Of a stretch of 64,000 nucleotides of DNA, positions 37,214 through 49,981 are shown in pieces. The stretch spans positions 11,719,818 through 11,783,817 of the forward strand of contig CM119265.1 in assembly GCA_051294375.1 (NCBI GenBank), given 5' to 3'. Under the pieces are notes generated by a model. It ran no database searches and had not been told where the DNA came from. It worked only from the letters and a program-made list of their open reading frames with translations. The translations under genes and the position numbers were made by a program. This stretch comes from Paraspadella gotoi (Eukaryota; Animalia; Chaetognatha). Positions within the stretch are counted from its first letter, which is position 1. Each line of letters begins with the position of its first letter.

Positions 37214-38883
37214 TTAATCCAGCAATAAAAAAATTATCATTTATACCATTAGGTGAAATCCTTTCTTTCGTCGCGTTTTTGAATTAGAAAGAGTTTGTAG
37301 TTCAAGCAACGACTTTACTTTAAACAGTAAAGATGTTGTAGGATTCGATCCCTCATTCTTTTCATATCAGCGTGAGGTGCTATTATTGATCCAGAGAGAA
37401 GTATTAACTAATGCTAACTTATATAATTCAATTCTACATGGTAGTCTTATCCCTATTGGTAAAAAAAATCATATATAACGTTGGCCCCCCTAAAAAAATT
37501 ATCCATTCCCACCCCTTTCTGTTCAGCCTTTTAGATATTATGATTTTTCATTAATGACTTTCTAACAGAAATGATGTGTGATATCTATTAGAAAACTAGG
37601 ACAGATAGTAATCTAACCTTGTGTTGTATAGATATTCCCTCTATTTCCAGAAGACAACACTGACTTTCCCATCCCAAATTAAATTATTAGATAAATAAAA
37701 CATTTTTAAAAAAGAAAACAATATATATTAAATAATAAAGATTAAATACTAAATCCTTCATAAGATATAAAAATAGAAAATAGTGAAACAAGTAATTTTA
37801 ATTAGTGTAATTAATTAGTTTTTTCTATTTAGTTTCATTTAACTTTAGTCCCAACGGTTTTAGAAGTAAGACGACTCTTATTCAAAGTTCATTTTTATTA
37901 CTTTCATGCCAATATTTTGATTCTGATGGACGAATCATCTTTCAAGGCAGTTCTTTTGTATTTTGCCTCTCTCTCTCTCTCCCTGACTTTTTCTGGAACA
38001 ATTTACTTTTACTCTGGACTGCCTTTAAAAATGATTAGTTCATAAGAATCAAAATGTCGGCAAAAAAGTAAGAAAATTATACTTATAAATCCTACCACAA
38101 ATTGCCTATTACTAAATTTTTTTTTATTCCTTGTCAAAAAAAGTTTATATGCTTAATACTAAATCATTATCTCCTGAGCATGTGATGTCTCTTCAACAAC
38201 GAATAAAGAAATAATATTAATTCTGAATTTTAACAGTTATTAAGAAACGAATCTTTTGTAACTGATATTTATTTTGTCTTTTTAAAGCTATGATAGTTTT
38301 TTATGATATATATGATAATTCTTTGTGATACAACTGTCATATGATAATAAAAAACCATTATATTTATAATAGATTAAAAACTATTAATATTGCGTATTTT
38401 ATCAGTTTTTGAGCATAATTTCGGGTTTTGGACACTTTGTCTCTTCTGTAGACACATTTTTTTCTGCTGAAAATGGTCATAGAGCTTTGGAAAAGGTGTC
38501 ATTCTGAATGCCAATTGCTCATGAGTGGATAGGGCAATTGACTTNNNNNNNNNNNNNNNNNNNNNNNNNGAAATTTGTATGATGGTAGGAAAGTGTGTGA
38601 TTGAGCTGGATATAAAGTTTCGATAGAATCGTGCGAGTGGAAATGAGTTAAAATGGAAAAAACAAAAGTCATATTTACTCATATTATTATGTTTATTAAA
38701 AATTGGATAGATAAATCGAAATTGAATTTTGTGTGTGGGTAGGAAAGTATGTGATAAAGCTGGATATAAAATTTTTAGATAGAATCGTAGGAGTGGAAAA
38801 GAGTTCAAATTAGAAAACCAAAAGACACATTTATTTGAATTTTTTAAAGTTTCTCTCTCTCTATCTCTCTCTGATTGATTGAT

Positions 38884-39250
38884 TGACCAAATTATGCAAA
38901 TTGACAAAAATATGCCAGTTGACAAAATTCTGCAAGTTGATCAGTTCTGCAAGTTGACCAAATTATGCCTGTTGACCAAATTATGCCAGTTGACCAAATT
39001 AGGCCAGTTGATAAAATTATGCCAGTTGACCAAATTATCTTAATTGACCAAATTATGTCAGTTGACCAAATTATGTCAGTTGACCAAATTATGTCAGTTG
39101 ACCAAAATTATGTCAGTTGACCAAATTATGTCAGTTGACCAATTATGGTCATGACCAAATTATCTGTCAGTTGACCAAATTATGTCAGTAGACCAAATTA
39201 TGTCAGTTGACAAAATTATGCAAGTTGATTAAATTATGCAAGTTGACCAA
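38884..39250. repeat. 18-bp minisatellite (GTTGACCAAATTATGTCA)n inside a Helentron-like element
   Basis: About 19 variably diverged tandem units flanked by Helentron-family sequence. Confidence 0.92.
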
Positions 39251-39423
39251 GTTAGCTTATTACCACTTAATTATCGATTGACCTGGAATTTTGTATGTGA
39301 GAAGAAAAGTGTGTGATTGAACAGGAAACCAAGTTTCGATGGAATCTTTGGAAATGAGTTTAAATGGAAAAAAACAAAAAACCTGTTTCACTAATTAATT
39401 ATGCTTTTTTTATTTTATATTAA

Positions 39424-40238
39424 GAAAAAGGGTCATTCAATTCAACTTCAAAATAGGCCAGAAGAGAGTACAGATTCAAAAAGCTGAGCTTCTGGTGATT
39501 CCGAAAATGTTATTTACATTAAACATTTGATACATTCTACACCATTTTATATCGGTTTTAATTATAATATAAAATAAAAGAAACCTATCTGAAGAGTTGC
39601 AGGTCAAACGAAAAAAGCCAATCACATTGATATTTTTTATGAATTTTTTATTTGTGAATTCGAAAAATGTAATAGAGAGACATTTTTAATTTCAACTTTA
39701 TCCTTGTATTTTAACTTTAACCTGAATTCTTCCTAACTGGAACGCGTTTATCAAAATGTCTCTCTATTACATTTTTACAATTTTTTTTAAGATTGCTAAT
39801 CAAATTTTTAAATCAATATATATTGTAGTCGTTTAGGCTGCAACTCTTCAAATTCAGTGTAGATTCATTGTCTATAAATTCTTTACCATCTTTTTTAACT
39901 GAAGATTTTGTTCATGACTGGAAAACCAAACAGAGTAACAAGATTAATGTTTAATTCTTCCTCTTCTAAATTTCCCTTTACTGTGTTTTTAACTTCTTAC
40001 CTAGAATTTTTTTAACAACCAGATTGAAAAACAAATCTTTAAAAAATATGCTTACCGATTTAAACTTGACAATTTTGTATTTACAGATTTAAAAAAAATT
40101 ATTGAAAACAGAATGTTTATATATATAAATAAAACTTATTTTTTTTTGTGATTACTGATGGCTATAATGTTATTTTCTCGGATGTATTAGCTCTAATACA
40201 TAAATGATTACGCATTGTTATCTGAATGACCTTTCCTC
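39424..40238. mobile_element. TTAA-target MITE (Kolobok-like) inserted in a Helentron-like element
   Basis: TTAA TSD (39420-39423, 40239-40242); uninterrupted host TATATTAAATGTA seen at ~12375. Confidence 0.8.
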
Positions 40239-43200
40239 TTAAATGTAAATGCAGGATGTATTAATAAATCAAATTTAATCATTACATTAATCAATTAGTC
40301 AATTAATTAATCAAATAATTAATTAATCAGTCAATCAATCCGTCCATCCGTCCCACCTTAGCAAACCAGCTCCAATAAACTCGTGATTGCTGGTTGGATT
40401 GGAATGAAATTTTGTGTGTGGTAGAAAAGTGTGTGATAAAGCTGGATATAAAGTTTCGACGGGAATCGTGTGATTGGAAATGAGTTTAAGTGGAAAACAT
40501 AAGTCGCATTTACTAAAATAATTTTACTTATTTAGCCAATAGTCTTACTAATTAATCATAATTGGATGGATAGATGTGAGTTCAATGTGTAACGGTTCCG
40601 CGTACAAACGTTGCATTTAGGAAAAAAACGACTCTTTCCACTATTGTTCAGTTGTTAACTATCAATATTGATTAACTATGTGCCACAACACAAATTGGCC
40701 GAACTAAAGGATTGGTTAGAAACATCTCACCCGTTTCTAATGATAAAATAGTACCATATTTGGCAACTTTTAGGAAAAAAAATTATGTCCATTTTTTTCC
40801 ATTTTTACTTTCGACTTCTGATTTAAATGCAAGAAGTTGAGAAATTTTTTTACTTTGGAAATCCGTTCTTCTTATCTTCTTTATCCCCTGGGTACATAAT
40901 TTATTCTGCTTAAAATTATTTTACAGTTGCTCTATGAAATTTAATTTGTTAAAGTTAACAATCCCAAAAAGTTGCCAGTTTCAGTCTTTAATTGATTGCT
41001 TAAACAAAAATAAATTCAAATTAGCCTCTCTTAAATTTACATAAATATCCTTTCTTGAATAAGCCTTTTAACACCTACAAAATATTTAAAAAAAACTTTT
41101 TCATTTAGTCCGCAAATTAATTTTTAAAAGACAACTTTTTAATTTGTGATTTTTTGGACTTGCGTTTATTTTTATAAGAGAATATACTTATCAATCATCA
41201 TTTATTAGTTTAAAAGAGTAGGTGACGGCTTTGTCCTTTTTTCTAATTTTATTCAATTTCATTTTATTCAATTCATTTCATTCATTTCATTCAATTCATT
41301 TATTCAATTCATTTAATTCCATTCATTATTGAGTTGAGTGACGGAGAATACAATTGCTTGAAGTCGAAAAGTTTTATATCATTAAATTGAAATTGATTTC
41401 CTCAAATTTTTGTGATCATATTTTAATAGAAACGCAGATTTGATTTTTTTATTTGAAATAATGAATTTAAATTGATTTTCAGGTCCCAAAAATCGTTTCA
41501 AAATTGGAAAAAAAACTAGATTTTAATTATTTATTTATTTTACTTTTATTAAAAAAACTAGATTTTTTTTTCCTTTTACTACTAAATCGATATTCAATGT
41601 AACTTTTTGGATTAGTTCATTGGGTTGTTGCACTAAAGCTTTTAAATATTTATTAATATATAATAATTATATAAAGTTTTGACGGAATTGTGCCAGTGGA
41701 AATGAGTTTAGATGGAAAAAACATAAGTTACATTTACTTGAATCTTTAAGATTAATGATTACTAATAAATGTTTTAATTAATTAATTAATTAATGTGAAA
41801 AAATGATGCAAGTTAAAAAATTCTTAAAAGCATAAAGATCGTCGCAATTGCATAAAAAGAGAGAGAGAGAGAGAGAGAGTGAGAGAGAGAAGGAGACATA
41901 AAATAAAATAGAGGATATTTGTTTGTTTGGATAAAATGTAAACGAAACATATTTAATAACTGTCCGAACCCAATTTTAAGGACANNNNNNNNNNNNNNNN
42001 NNNNNNNNNNNNNNNNNNNNNNNNNNNNNNNNNNNNNNNNNNNNNNNNNNNNNNNNNNNNNNNNNNNNNNNNNNNNNNNNNNNNNNNNNNNNNNNNNNNN
42101 NNNNNNNNNNNNNNNNNNNNNNNNNNNNNNNNNNNNNNNNNNNNNNNNNNNNNNNNNNNNNNNNNNNNNNNNNNNNNNNNNNNNNNNNNNNNNNNNNNNN
42201 NNNNNNNNNNNNNNNNNNNNNNNNNNNNNNNNNNNNNNNNNNNNNNNNNNNNNNNNNNNNNNNNNNNNNNNNNNNNNNNNNNNNNNNNNNNNNNNNNNNN
42301 NNNNNNNNNNNNNNNNNNNNNNNNNNNNNNNNNNNNNNNNNNNNNNNNNNNNNNNNNNNNNNNNNNNNNNNNNNNNNNNNNNNNNNNNNNNNNNNNNNNN
42401 NNNNNNNNNNNNNNNNNNNNNNNNNNNNNNNNNNNNNNNNNNNNNNNNNNNNNNNNNNNNNNNNNNNNNNNNNNNNNNNNNNNNNNNNNNNNNNNNNNNN
42501 NNNNNNNNNNNNNNNNNNNNNNNNNNNNNNNNNNNNNNNNNNNNNNNNNNNNNNNNNNNNNNNNNNNNNNNNNNNNNNNNNNNNNNNNNNNNNNNNNNNN
42601 NNNNNNNNNNNNNNNNNNNNNNNNNNNNNNNNNNNNNNNNNNNNNNNNNNNNNNNNNNNNNNNNNNNNNNNNNNNNNNNNNNNNNNNNNNNNNNNNNNNN
42701 NNNNNNNNNNNNNNNNNNNNNNNNNNNNNNNNNNNNNNNNNNNNNNNNNNNNNNNNNNNNNNNNNNNNNNNNNNNNNNNNNNNNNNNNNNNNNNNNNNNN
42801 NNNNNNNNNNNNNNNNNNNNNNNNNNNNNNNNNNNNNNNNNNNNNNNNNNNNNNNNNNNNNNNNNNNNNCTTGTTAAAGAGAGAGAGAGAGAGAGAGAGA
42901 GTGAGAGAGAGAGAAACAAAAACAACAGAGATAAATAAATAATAAAGATACATTTTTGCAATGTACAACAAAGATAAAGGAGTTTGAAAAACTAACATTG
43001 AAGAAATTTTAACATTTAACTAGTGAATAAATAAGTAATTAGCTAAGGGATAGTTAAGTGAAAATGAAATATGAAAGAAAGTAGTTTTTAGTTTTAGTTG
43101 ATAATTAGGAGATTAAGAAAGTGAAATTCAAGGGAAAGAAAGAGCTCAAAGTGAGCTGGCCCCCTTGTTTTATGCAAATGAAGGACAAGGACGATGATGA

Positions 43201-44499
43201 CGGGCATTGGCGTGTCAGTGGCTGAGAGGAGAGTATGACCGAACTGATGAATGCCGGATTGGGAAGCGATCCTTGCGGAAAAGATCCCAGGGCTACTCTT
43301 ATGTCTCTTTGGCCTGATACGCCTGCCGGCTGCCCTCTTCTCGCCTGCTGACGAGGTGGGCAGTTGTCCGTTTCTGCCACTTTTGTGACAGGAGTGACGG
43401 ACTCCTCTCCCTCCTCCTGAAGCCGTCGCTTTGGGCGACGCTCAGTCCGCAGAGGGAGGGGCTGAGTTGCTGCATTAGATATATAATAAATAAGCAAGCC
43501 GAAACATGTCCAACTACTAATAAAAAATCGTTGTTAAATTCAAAATTCTTTGCTCTCTCCAATACCTATGAACAACGAAAAAGAAAGGATTAACGCATCA
43601 AATTAAATTATAAAATTAACCGATTTTAACGGTTAACCGTTAAAAACGTTAGTTTTAACGGTTAAGCGAAGTTCCTCAAAAATTAATGGTTAACGGAACC
43701 CTACACCAGACACCTTTTTGGTGATGCCGTGAAATTTTTTGATTTTTGCAAGTAATTAATATGCATCAACGCGACCACCCCAAAGCAGTTTTAAATTTAA
43801 AAACGACAGTGGCCATTTTGGTCACATCTTATCTATGGTCCTCATTTACTAATTTCACCATAAAACTTTTGTTATGAAATCCATTATTGTTTGACTATTT
43901 CAAACTTTGTCTTTGCCAGTTTTTTTTTTAGCAATACAAAGTATTTGAATCTGTGATCTCATTTTTTTTGTTTTTACGAAAATTTTAAAAAATGTACTAA
44001 AAATGCCTTTATTTTGTATAGCTCTAAAATACCATCGCAGGAGAATCAACCTTACCAAAAGCTAATCGGATCGAAGGCACGGATGAACAGAATGACACCT
44101 TTTTGAAGACTGATCATTTTGCGCGGAAAAAAATATGTCTAAAAAGGAGGAAGCATTTTTTTTTGCATGGAACTCCTGTATTTTTTGTCATACATAATTG
44201 ATAATATAAATGACAAAAAATACAGGAGTTCCATGCAAAAAAAATGCTTCCTCTTTTTTATGTCATAAATGAGACAACTCATATGAATCACAAAAGGCCA
44301 AAGTTTCTTGATATCTAAATTTTATTTTTCGATTAGTTTTTGCCTATTGAATCTTTTTGCTTTCAGTTTAGTTAGTTAGTAGTAGTAGTAGTAGTAGTAG
44401 TTAGTTTAGTTAGTCCTACGATGTTACATTAAAATTCCGAAAAATATCATGGTATCAAAGTGTCGAAAGGGAAAAAAACATCGTATTCATTTGTGTTTT

Positions 44500-45472
44500 A
44501 ACAAGTTTGAGCAAACAATGTCGGATCTGCCCACGATAATTAGCGGTAATTAATTAATTAATTAATACAAACTATATAACAGTCTCTCTCTGGAGGTGTG
44601 GGTTCGAATCCCACCACTGCCACCACAAAATAGTAAATAGACGAGATTTTAAGTTAAAAATCGAAGCTGAATTTATTAAGGAGAAATATCGACGGTGAAA
44701 CTCACGCAGGAGTATGAAAGCAAAGAATTCTATCTACAAGAGAACAATCGTTTTTCAAGCCAGAGAAAGGGATCCAAGACGCGAGATACAAGACGCCAAT
44801 GGAACCATTGTTTCCATCTTCTTGAAAGCTGATTGGTTGATTCCAACCAATCACGTGACGACGATTCTATCAAGCGAGAAAGAAAGAGTTTCTGCCTCTT
44901 GTATCTTTTTGCTTTTTTGATTTTGTTAGTCCTGCGATGATAAACTAAAATAATAATTTAATTAATAAATTAATTATTTTGATCCAAAAAGTTTGTTTTT
45001 AGGTCTTTTCGTCACTGATCACGACAAAAGCAACAACGACAATGACGACAATAATGCCGATAACGATTGACTGATTAATTTATTAAATAATTAATTTATA
45101 AATAAATTGATTGAATAATTAATTAATAGATAACTAAATAAATTGTTTCATTGAATAATTAATTGATCGATTAATTAATTATTGATTAATTATTTGATTA
45201 ATTAACTGATTAATTATTTGATTAATTAATACATCTTGCATTTACATTTAACATAAAAAGAAAAAGAAGCATAATCAATTAGTGAAACAGGTTTGCTAAG
45301 GTGGGACGGACGGACGGACAGACAGACGGACGGACATAGTTTTTTTTTTGCATAATTTATCATAATTCGATATTCTGACATGATATATGTGAATGCCCGA
45401 CAATATTGAGGGGGCAAACCGACAAAGTGAATTATAGAGTCTGGATCTGCTGAAAGCAAATCCGACTAAAAA
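44500..45472 (-). mobile_element. DINE-1/Helentron-like element with an internal insertion
   Basis: Both family ends and (GGAC/AGAC)n present. Confidence 0.7.
44580..44625 (+). pseudogene. 3' half of tRNA-Leu with CCA
   Basis: CAGTCTCTCTCTGGAGGTGTGGGTTCGAATCCCACCACTGCCA+CCA resembles the variable arm, T arm and acceptor of eukaryotic tRNA-Leu. Confidence 0.7.
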
Positions 45473-45940
45473 TATTCAACGTTAATATTTGCTTCCTCAA
45501 AAGCAAGACTTACTTTTTTTACGAGAAATGTGGAAACGTCGGAAACCAATAGACTTGAGAGGATTTCTCGATCTGCTCGCCACTCAGACGACATTAAAGT
45601 TGGAAAGATTCATATTCTAAATGGACATTGTCAAGGTTCGGACGTCTTCTATCAACACCTCGGAATTAAACCCACACCAAAAACTATGTAAAATAATAAA
45701 ATCAAAGCAGGAAGGAGTAAACCCTGTTTTAACGGAATCATTCAATGGTTGGTATACGCATTAAACTGGAATAAAAATATAATGCCCAATAGAATTTTTC
45801 AACGGGAAGAAAAATAGTTATCATATAAAACGTATATTGTGCGAATAAGTAGCGAGTTACTAACATTATATTCCACAGAAGCCAGATAGGTTCGCCAATT
45901 CGCGAGAATGTGGAATTGTAAAAAAGACTAAGTTTTCTCT

Positions 45941-46037
45941 TCAGATTTTCGAGGGCTTCGGATGTTTAAGCTTGAAATACGCAGAAGTAGCGGTGTGCAT
46001 AAAGCCCCGAGAGAGCTTCTTCCCAAAACCGTTGCAG
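45941..46037 (-). CDS. MBLAC2: MBLAC2-like, probable last exon (GCNGFGKKLSRGFMHTATSAYFKLKHPKPSKI*)
   Basis: aaaatcag acceptor, phase-2 compatible with the previous exon, TGA at 45943-45941; weak similarity. Confidence 0.7.
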
Positions 46038-46059
46038 CTGATTTTGTAAAAAAATTAAA

Positions 46060-47182
46060 AAACAAGTTTAAGCAAACAATGTGGGATCTGCCTACGATAA
46101 TTAAGCGGTAATTAGCTAATCAGATGGTAAATCACAATATTTTTAAAATTTTTTTTTAACTCGCATCATTTTTTCAACACGCATCATTTTTTCAACTCGA
46201 AACTTTATATCCAGCTTCATCACACACTTTCCTATCCACACACAAAATTTCATTAAAATCCAACAACCCAATCACGAGTTATTGGAGCCTTTTGCTAAGG
46301 TGGGACGGACGGACAGACGGAGACATTTTTTTGCATAATTTATCATATTTCGATGTTCTGACATGATGTAAGTGATTGCCCGATAATATTGAGGCCTCAA
46401 TATTGTCGGGCAATCACTTACATCATGTCAGAACATCGAATTATGATAAATTATGCAGTTAAATTATGCAATAGAGTGGAGCACTCAAGAACAAAATATT
46501 TATTTGAATGATCGAACAATGATATTTAGATGTGAGATAGTATGATTAACTAGTACAAAAAATATTTTGTTCATATTATCTCGGGAACAGAATAGTAAAA
46601 TATAATATATTTGTAGTAATATCCTTATAAAATAGTAAATTTTAAAAATAATTGTTATGAATCTTTTATTAAAGATTCAGATTCTTCATAAAAAGTTGAA
46701 TCAAAAATAAAAAACATGTTATCAAAAATTCTGTCATCTTCAATGTTTAAAATAAGAAAAAAGGTGAAAATTCCTAACTTTTTTATTCTCTGTAGTAGAA
46801 ACTTATATATGTTAAAACGTTTTAATCATTTTTTGTGATCTAAACATTAAAATATCATATAACATATTTTATAAAAGTTTCTTAGTTTTTTACAGCAAAT
46901 CCAAATCAGTTCTTAAAAATAAAAAAAAAATATTTTGAAATTTAACGATTTTATAAGGATATTACTACATAAATAATTGAATTTGCTATACTGTTATGCT
47001 AAAAATTTTTTTATAAGGATTTAAAATTTATTAATTATATGTCCATAGGCAGCAAAAAAATAATGTTCAATCACTCAATCTTTTCATCACTCAACCTATT
47101 ATGCAATTAATGAGGGGGCGGACCGACGGACCGACAAAGTGAATTATAGAGTCGGGATCTGCTGAAAGCAGATCCGACAAAA
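46060..47182 (-). mobile_element. DINE-1/Helentron-like element filling the last MBLAC2 intron
   Basis: Both family ends present; internal fold-back at 46332-46457 and a further insertion. Confidence 0.7.
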
Positions 47183-47208
47183 AATAATAATAATTTAAAA
47201 TTACTCAC

Positions 47209-47279
47209 CCATGCTGATAGTTGACACAAAAATCGATAAGGCGTTGAGGGGTCAACGGATTACCGTGTCCGGCAAAAAC
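47209..47279 (-). CDS. MBLAC2: MBLAC2-like exon (VFAGHGNPLTPQRLIDFCVNYQH)
   Basis: C-terminal MBL-fold GH motif; tttag acceptor, GG|GTGAGT donor. Confidence 0.85.
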
Positions 47280-48174
47280 CTAAATCCAAATACAGAATCA
47301 AACTATCGTTTAGACACATTTGAATCCGACAAAGTTTTAATTAGATAACGAGTCTGGGTGTCATTCTGTTCGTTTTTCCAAGCTCTTTTTAACTAAAAAA
47401 GTTTTAATTAAAAAAAAAACTTTTTCGCCCGAGCCAGGGGTGTTGAAGAGTCAAAATATGGAAATTCACCATTTTTTAGTATTTTTTACCTTTTTCATTT
47501 AATTTTTTTAATATAATAATCTTTAATCAAGTTAATTACTTCTGATAATAATTTTAATTTATCCTATTTAACTGTTTTTAAAACATTCATTAAAAAATAT
47601 TAGTTTTTAGCTTAAGCCAAGGGTGTTGAAGAGTTAAAATATTTAAATATTTTTTTGTAATATTTATAAATTATAATTTACTATTTTTTTAAAGATAACT
47701 TATTTTAATCATGGTAATGAAAATATTTGATATCTTTAAATGCTTTGAGGTGACTTACCACAGCTTTAAGTTAATCAATTGATTTAATAATGTTTTTAAA
47801 ACTGAAAACCCCAAAAACTTTTATGATCCAAAGCAATTAATTTTAATTTTTAATCACAAAATGTAATTGTTACAAGATAAAATTATTTAAATAATATTCG
47901 GATATTATTATAAAAAAATGTTTACTTTATAATATATAAATATAATTTTATTAAAAAAATAATTTAAAAATGATATCTGCATATAAATTTTGTACGGATA
48001 AGAGTAATAATTTGGTTTAACTCTATATACAAATATTTTGTTATTAAATAAAATAATTTTTTTTAATATACAATAATTTTTAACCATTGTATTAATCCTT
48101 TCAGCTTCGTTGAGTGTAGAGATTTAAACAAAGTTTGAAAAAATATTTTCATCAACGATTTTATTTAATGATAT

Positions 48175-48217
48175 ACGGACATGTTTCGACTCTTTATTTT
48201 CGAGTCTTCATCAACGT
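48175..48217 (-). ncRNA. Minimal type I hammerhead motif (C3U variant), inverted partner of 48443-48488
   Basis: acg-TTGATGA-A-GACTC(gaaaataaa)GAGTC-GAAACATGTC-cgt. Confidence 0.6.
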
Positions 48218-48272
48218 TAGTGATGCATTTACAAATTTGTGTAAAAGAAACATTATATTTTTTGAAATGTAA

Positions 48273-48307
<35 letters not shown>

Positions 48308-48442
48308 CACCATTTCAAAATCAACTTATTCCCCTTTCTCCTGTCCTTGCCTTCACCTTTCCTGAAATCTGACCACTGTCCTTTCTCAATTCTTAGTTGG
48401 AATCTCTCTCTCTCTATCCCCATTGTGAAAAATACAACTGTC

Positions 48443-48488
48443 AAATGCTGATGAAGACTCGAAAACAAGAGTCGAAACATGTCCAATA
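48443..48488 (+). ncRNA. Minimal type I hammerhead ribozyme motif
   Basis: CTGATGA-A-GACTC(gaaaacaa)GAGTC-GAAAC-AT-GTC: intact core, palindromic ACATGT stem III, weak stem I. Confidence 0.7.
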
Positions 48489-49577
48489 CTTTGTAATAAA
48501 ATTGTTGTAAAAATACTAAAAACTTTTGTTTTCGAATCTGCTATCTTATTGAACAACGAAAAGAGAAAAATTACACAAAATTTTAATTAAAATATAAATC
48601 ATTTCTATCCTAGCATCCCACGTAAGTCCCTCCCCTAGCCCTAACCTCCGCTTCACGTCCAAGGCCAAGCATGAACCTTGAACCTATCAGCGCCCATAAA
48701 ACTTTTCCCATCTGTAACTTTCCAGTTGGGTATAACTACAACAACCTTGTTGATCGTAATACTAACTTTTACTTATTCAACCTGAATTACAACTACCTCA
48801 AATGTTAAAACTAAACACTAACCCTTAACCTAAATTTGGTAAAATTGCTATAACTAGAACATTAGTTTCAGTTCATTAACAAAATTATTATTTTCTATGC
48901 GATATCGCATAAAATCTGGATAGTGGATATCATTTGAATAATTATATCTTTGTTGTAACAATTTCATTATATGATTAAAAAATTTTATGAATTTGTTTTA
49001 AAGATGAATCTTTAAAAAAAACTTTTTAGAAATAGGTCACAATAGTTTGTAATGCTTTTAATTATAAAAAAATCAATTAACTATGTTAATTAACTTGAAA
49101 ACCATTTAAAATTATCAAATTTTTTTATGATCATGATTAAATATGTAATCCTTAAAAAATTAGTAAATTATCATTTGAAAATACTAAAAAAGACAATTTG
49201 GAAAATTTAGTTTTTAATACCCCTGGCTTAAGCCCTAAACTAATATTTTTTGTGAATGAATGTTTTAAAAATAGTTAAATATGATAAATTAAAAGCAGTT
49301 CATTAGTAATTAACTGGATTAATGATAATTATATTAAAAAATTTACTGAAAAAAGCTAAAAATACTCATAAAAGGTGAATTTCATATTTTGGCTCTTTAA
49401 CACCCCTGGCTCGGGCGAAAAAAGTTTTTTTTTTTAAATAAAACTTTTTTAGTTAAAAGGAGCTTGGAAAAACGAACAGAATGACACCGAGACTGGTTTG
49501 TTTATTTAAAACATTGTCGGATTCAAATGTGTCTACTATCGTTCCACTCCTAAAATTCAAAAGGAGACACACAACAC

Positions 49578-49675
49578 CTTCGCCACGGCGCCAGATCGAC
49601 CCAGTTCCTCCAATCGCCTGGCGGATCTTGCATAAAGCGTTGGATCGCTGTGAGGCAGCCAGTCGATCAGATCGC
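49578..49675 (-). CDS. MBLAC2: MBLAC2-like exon (DLIDWLPHSDPTLYARSARRLEELGRSGAVAK)
   Basis: LIDWLP.S motif as in MBLAC2; phases consistent on both sides. Confidence 0.88.
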
Positions 49676-49774
49676 CTGATAATTAAAGATAATTTATTTT
49701 CAGTTTAAGGAATAAATTATAAATTATAACATACAAGAAAACCTTTTTTTTATCTAATACTTTGTAAGACTTAC

Positions 49775-49928
49775 TCGAATCGTAAACGACGTCGCCCGTG
49801 AAGAGGAAACGGTCGCTAGACTCGTCGAGCAGCGCGACGGATCCCGGGGAATGACCGGGAACGTGGAGAACGCGGAGGCGACGGTCGCCGAGGTCGATAA
49901 CATCGTTTTCGGACAACGTCCTCGTCAC
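49775..49928 (-). CDS. MBLAC2: MBLAC2-like exon (VIDLGDRRLRVLHVPGHSPGSVALLD...LFTGDVVYD)
   Basis: MBL-fold PGHS.GS and F.GD motifs; canonical splice sites. Confidence 0.93.
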
Positions 49929-49981
49929 CTGAAGGATCCAAAAATCTCGATTTTGACGAACTCTTTCCAAATAGAGCACAC

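Larger units (their letters stand above)
47311..49535. mobile_element. hAT-like element with long TIRs in an MBLAC2 intron
   Basis: TAGACACATTTGAATCCGACAA... / ...TTGTCGGATTCAAATGTGTCTA; inverted arms of several hundred bp; 8-bp TSD CTATCGTT. Confidence 0.9.

Noticed and set aside
41813-42998. Three ORFs of ~340-380 aa
   Set aside because: They read through the N gap at 41985-42869.
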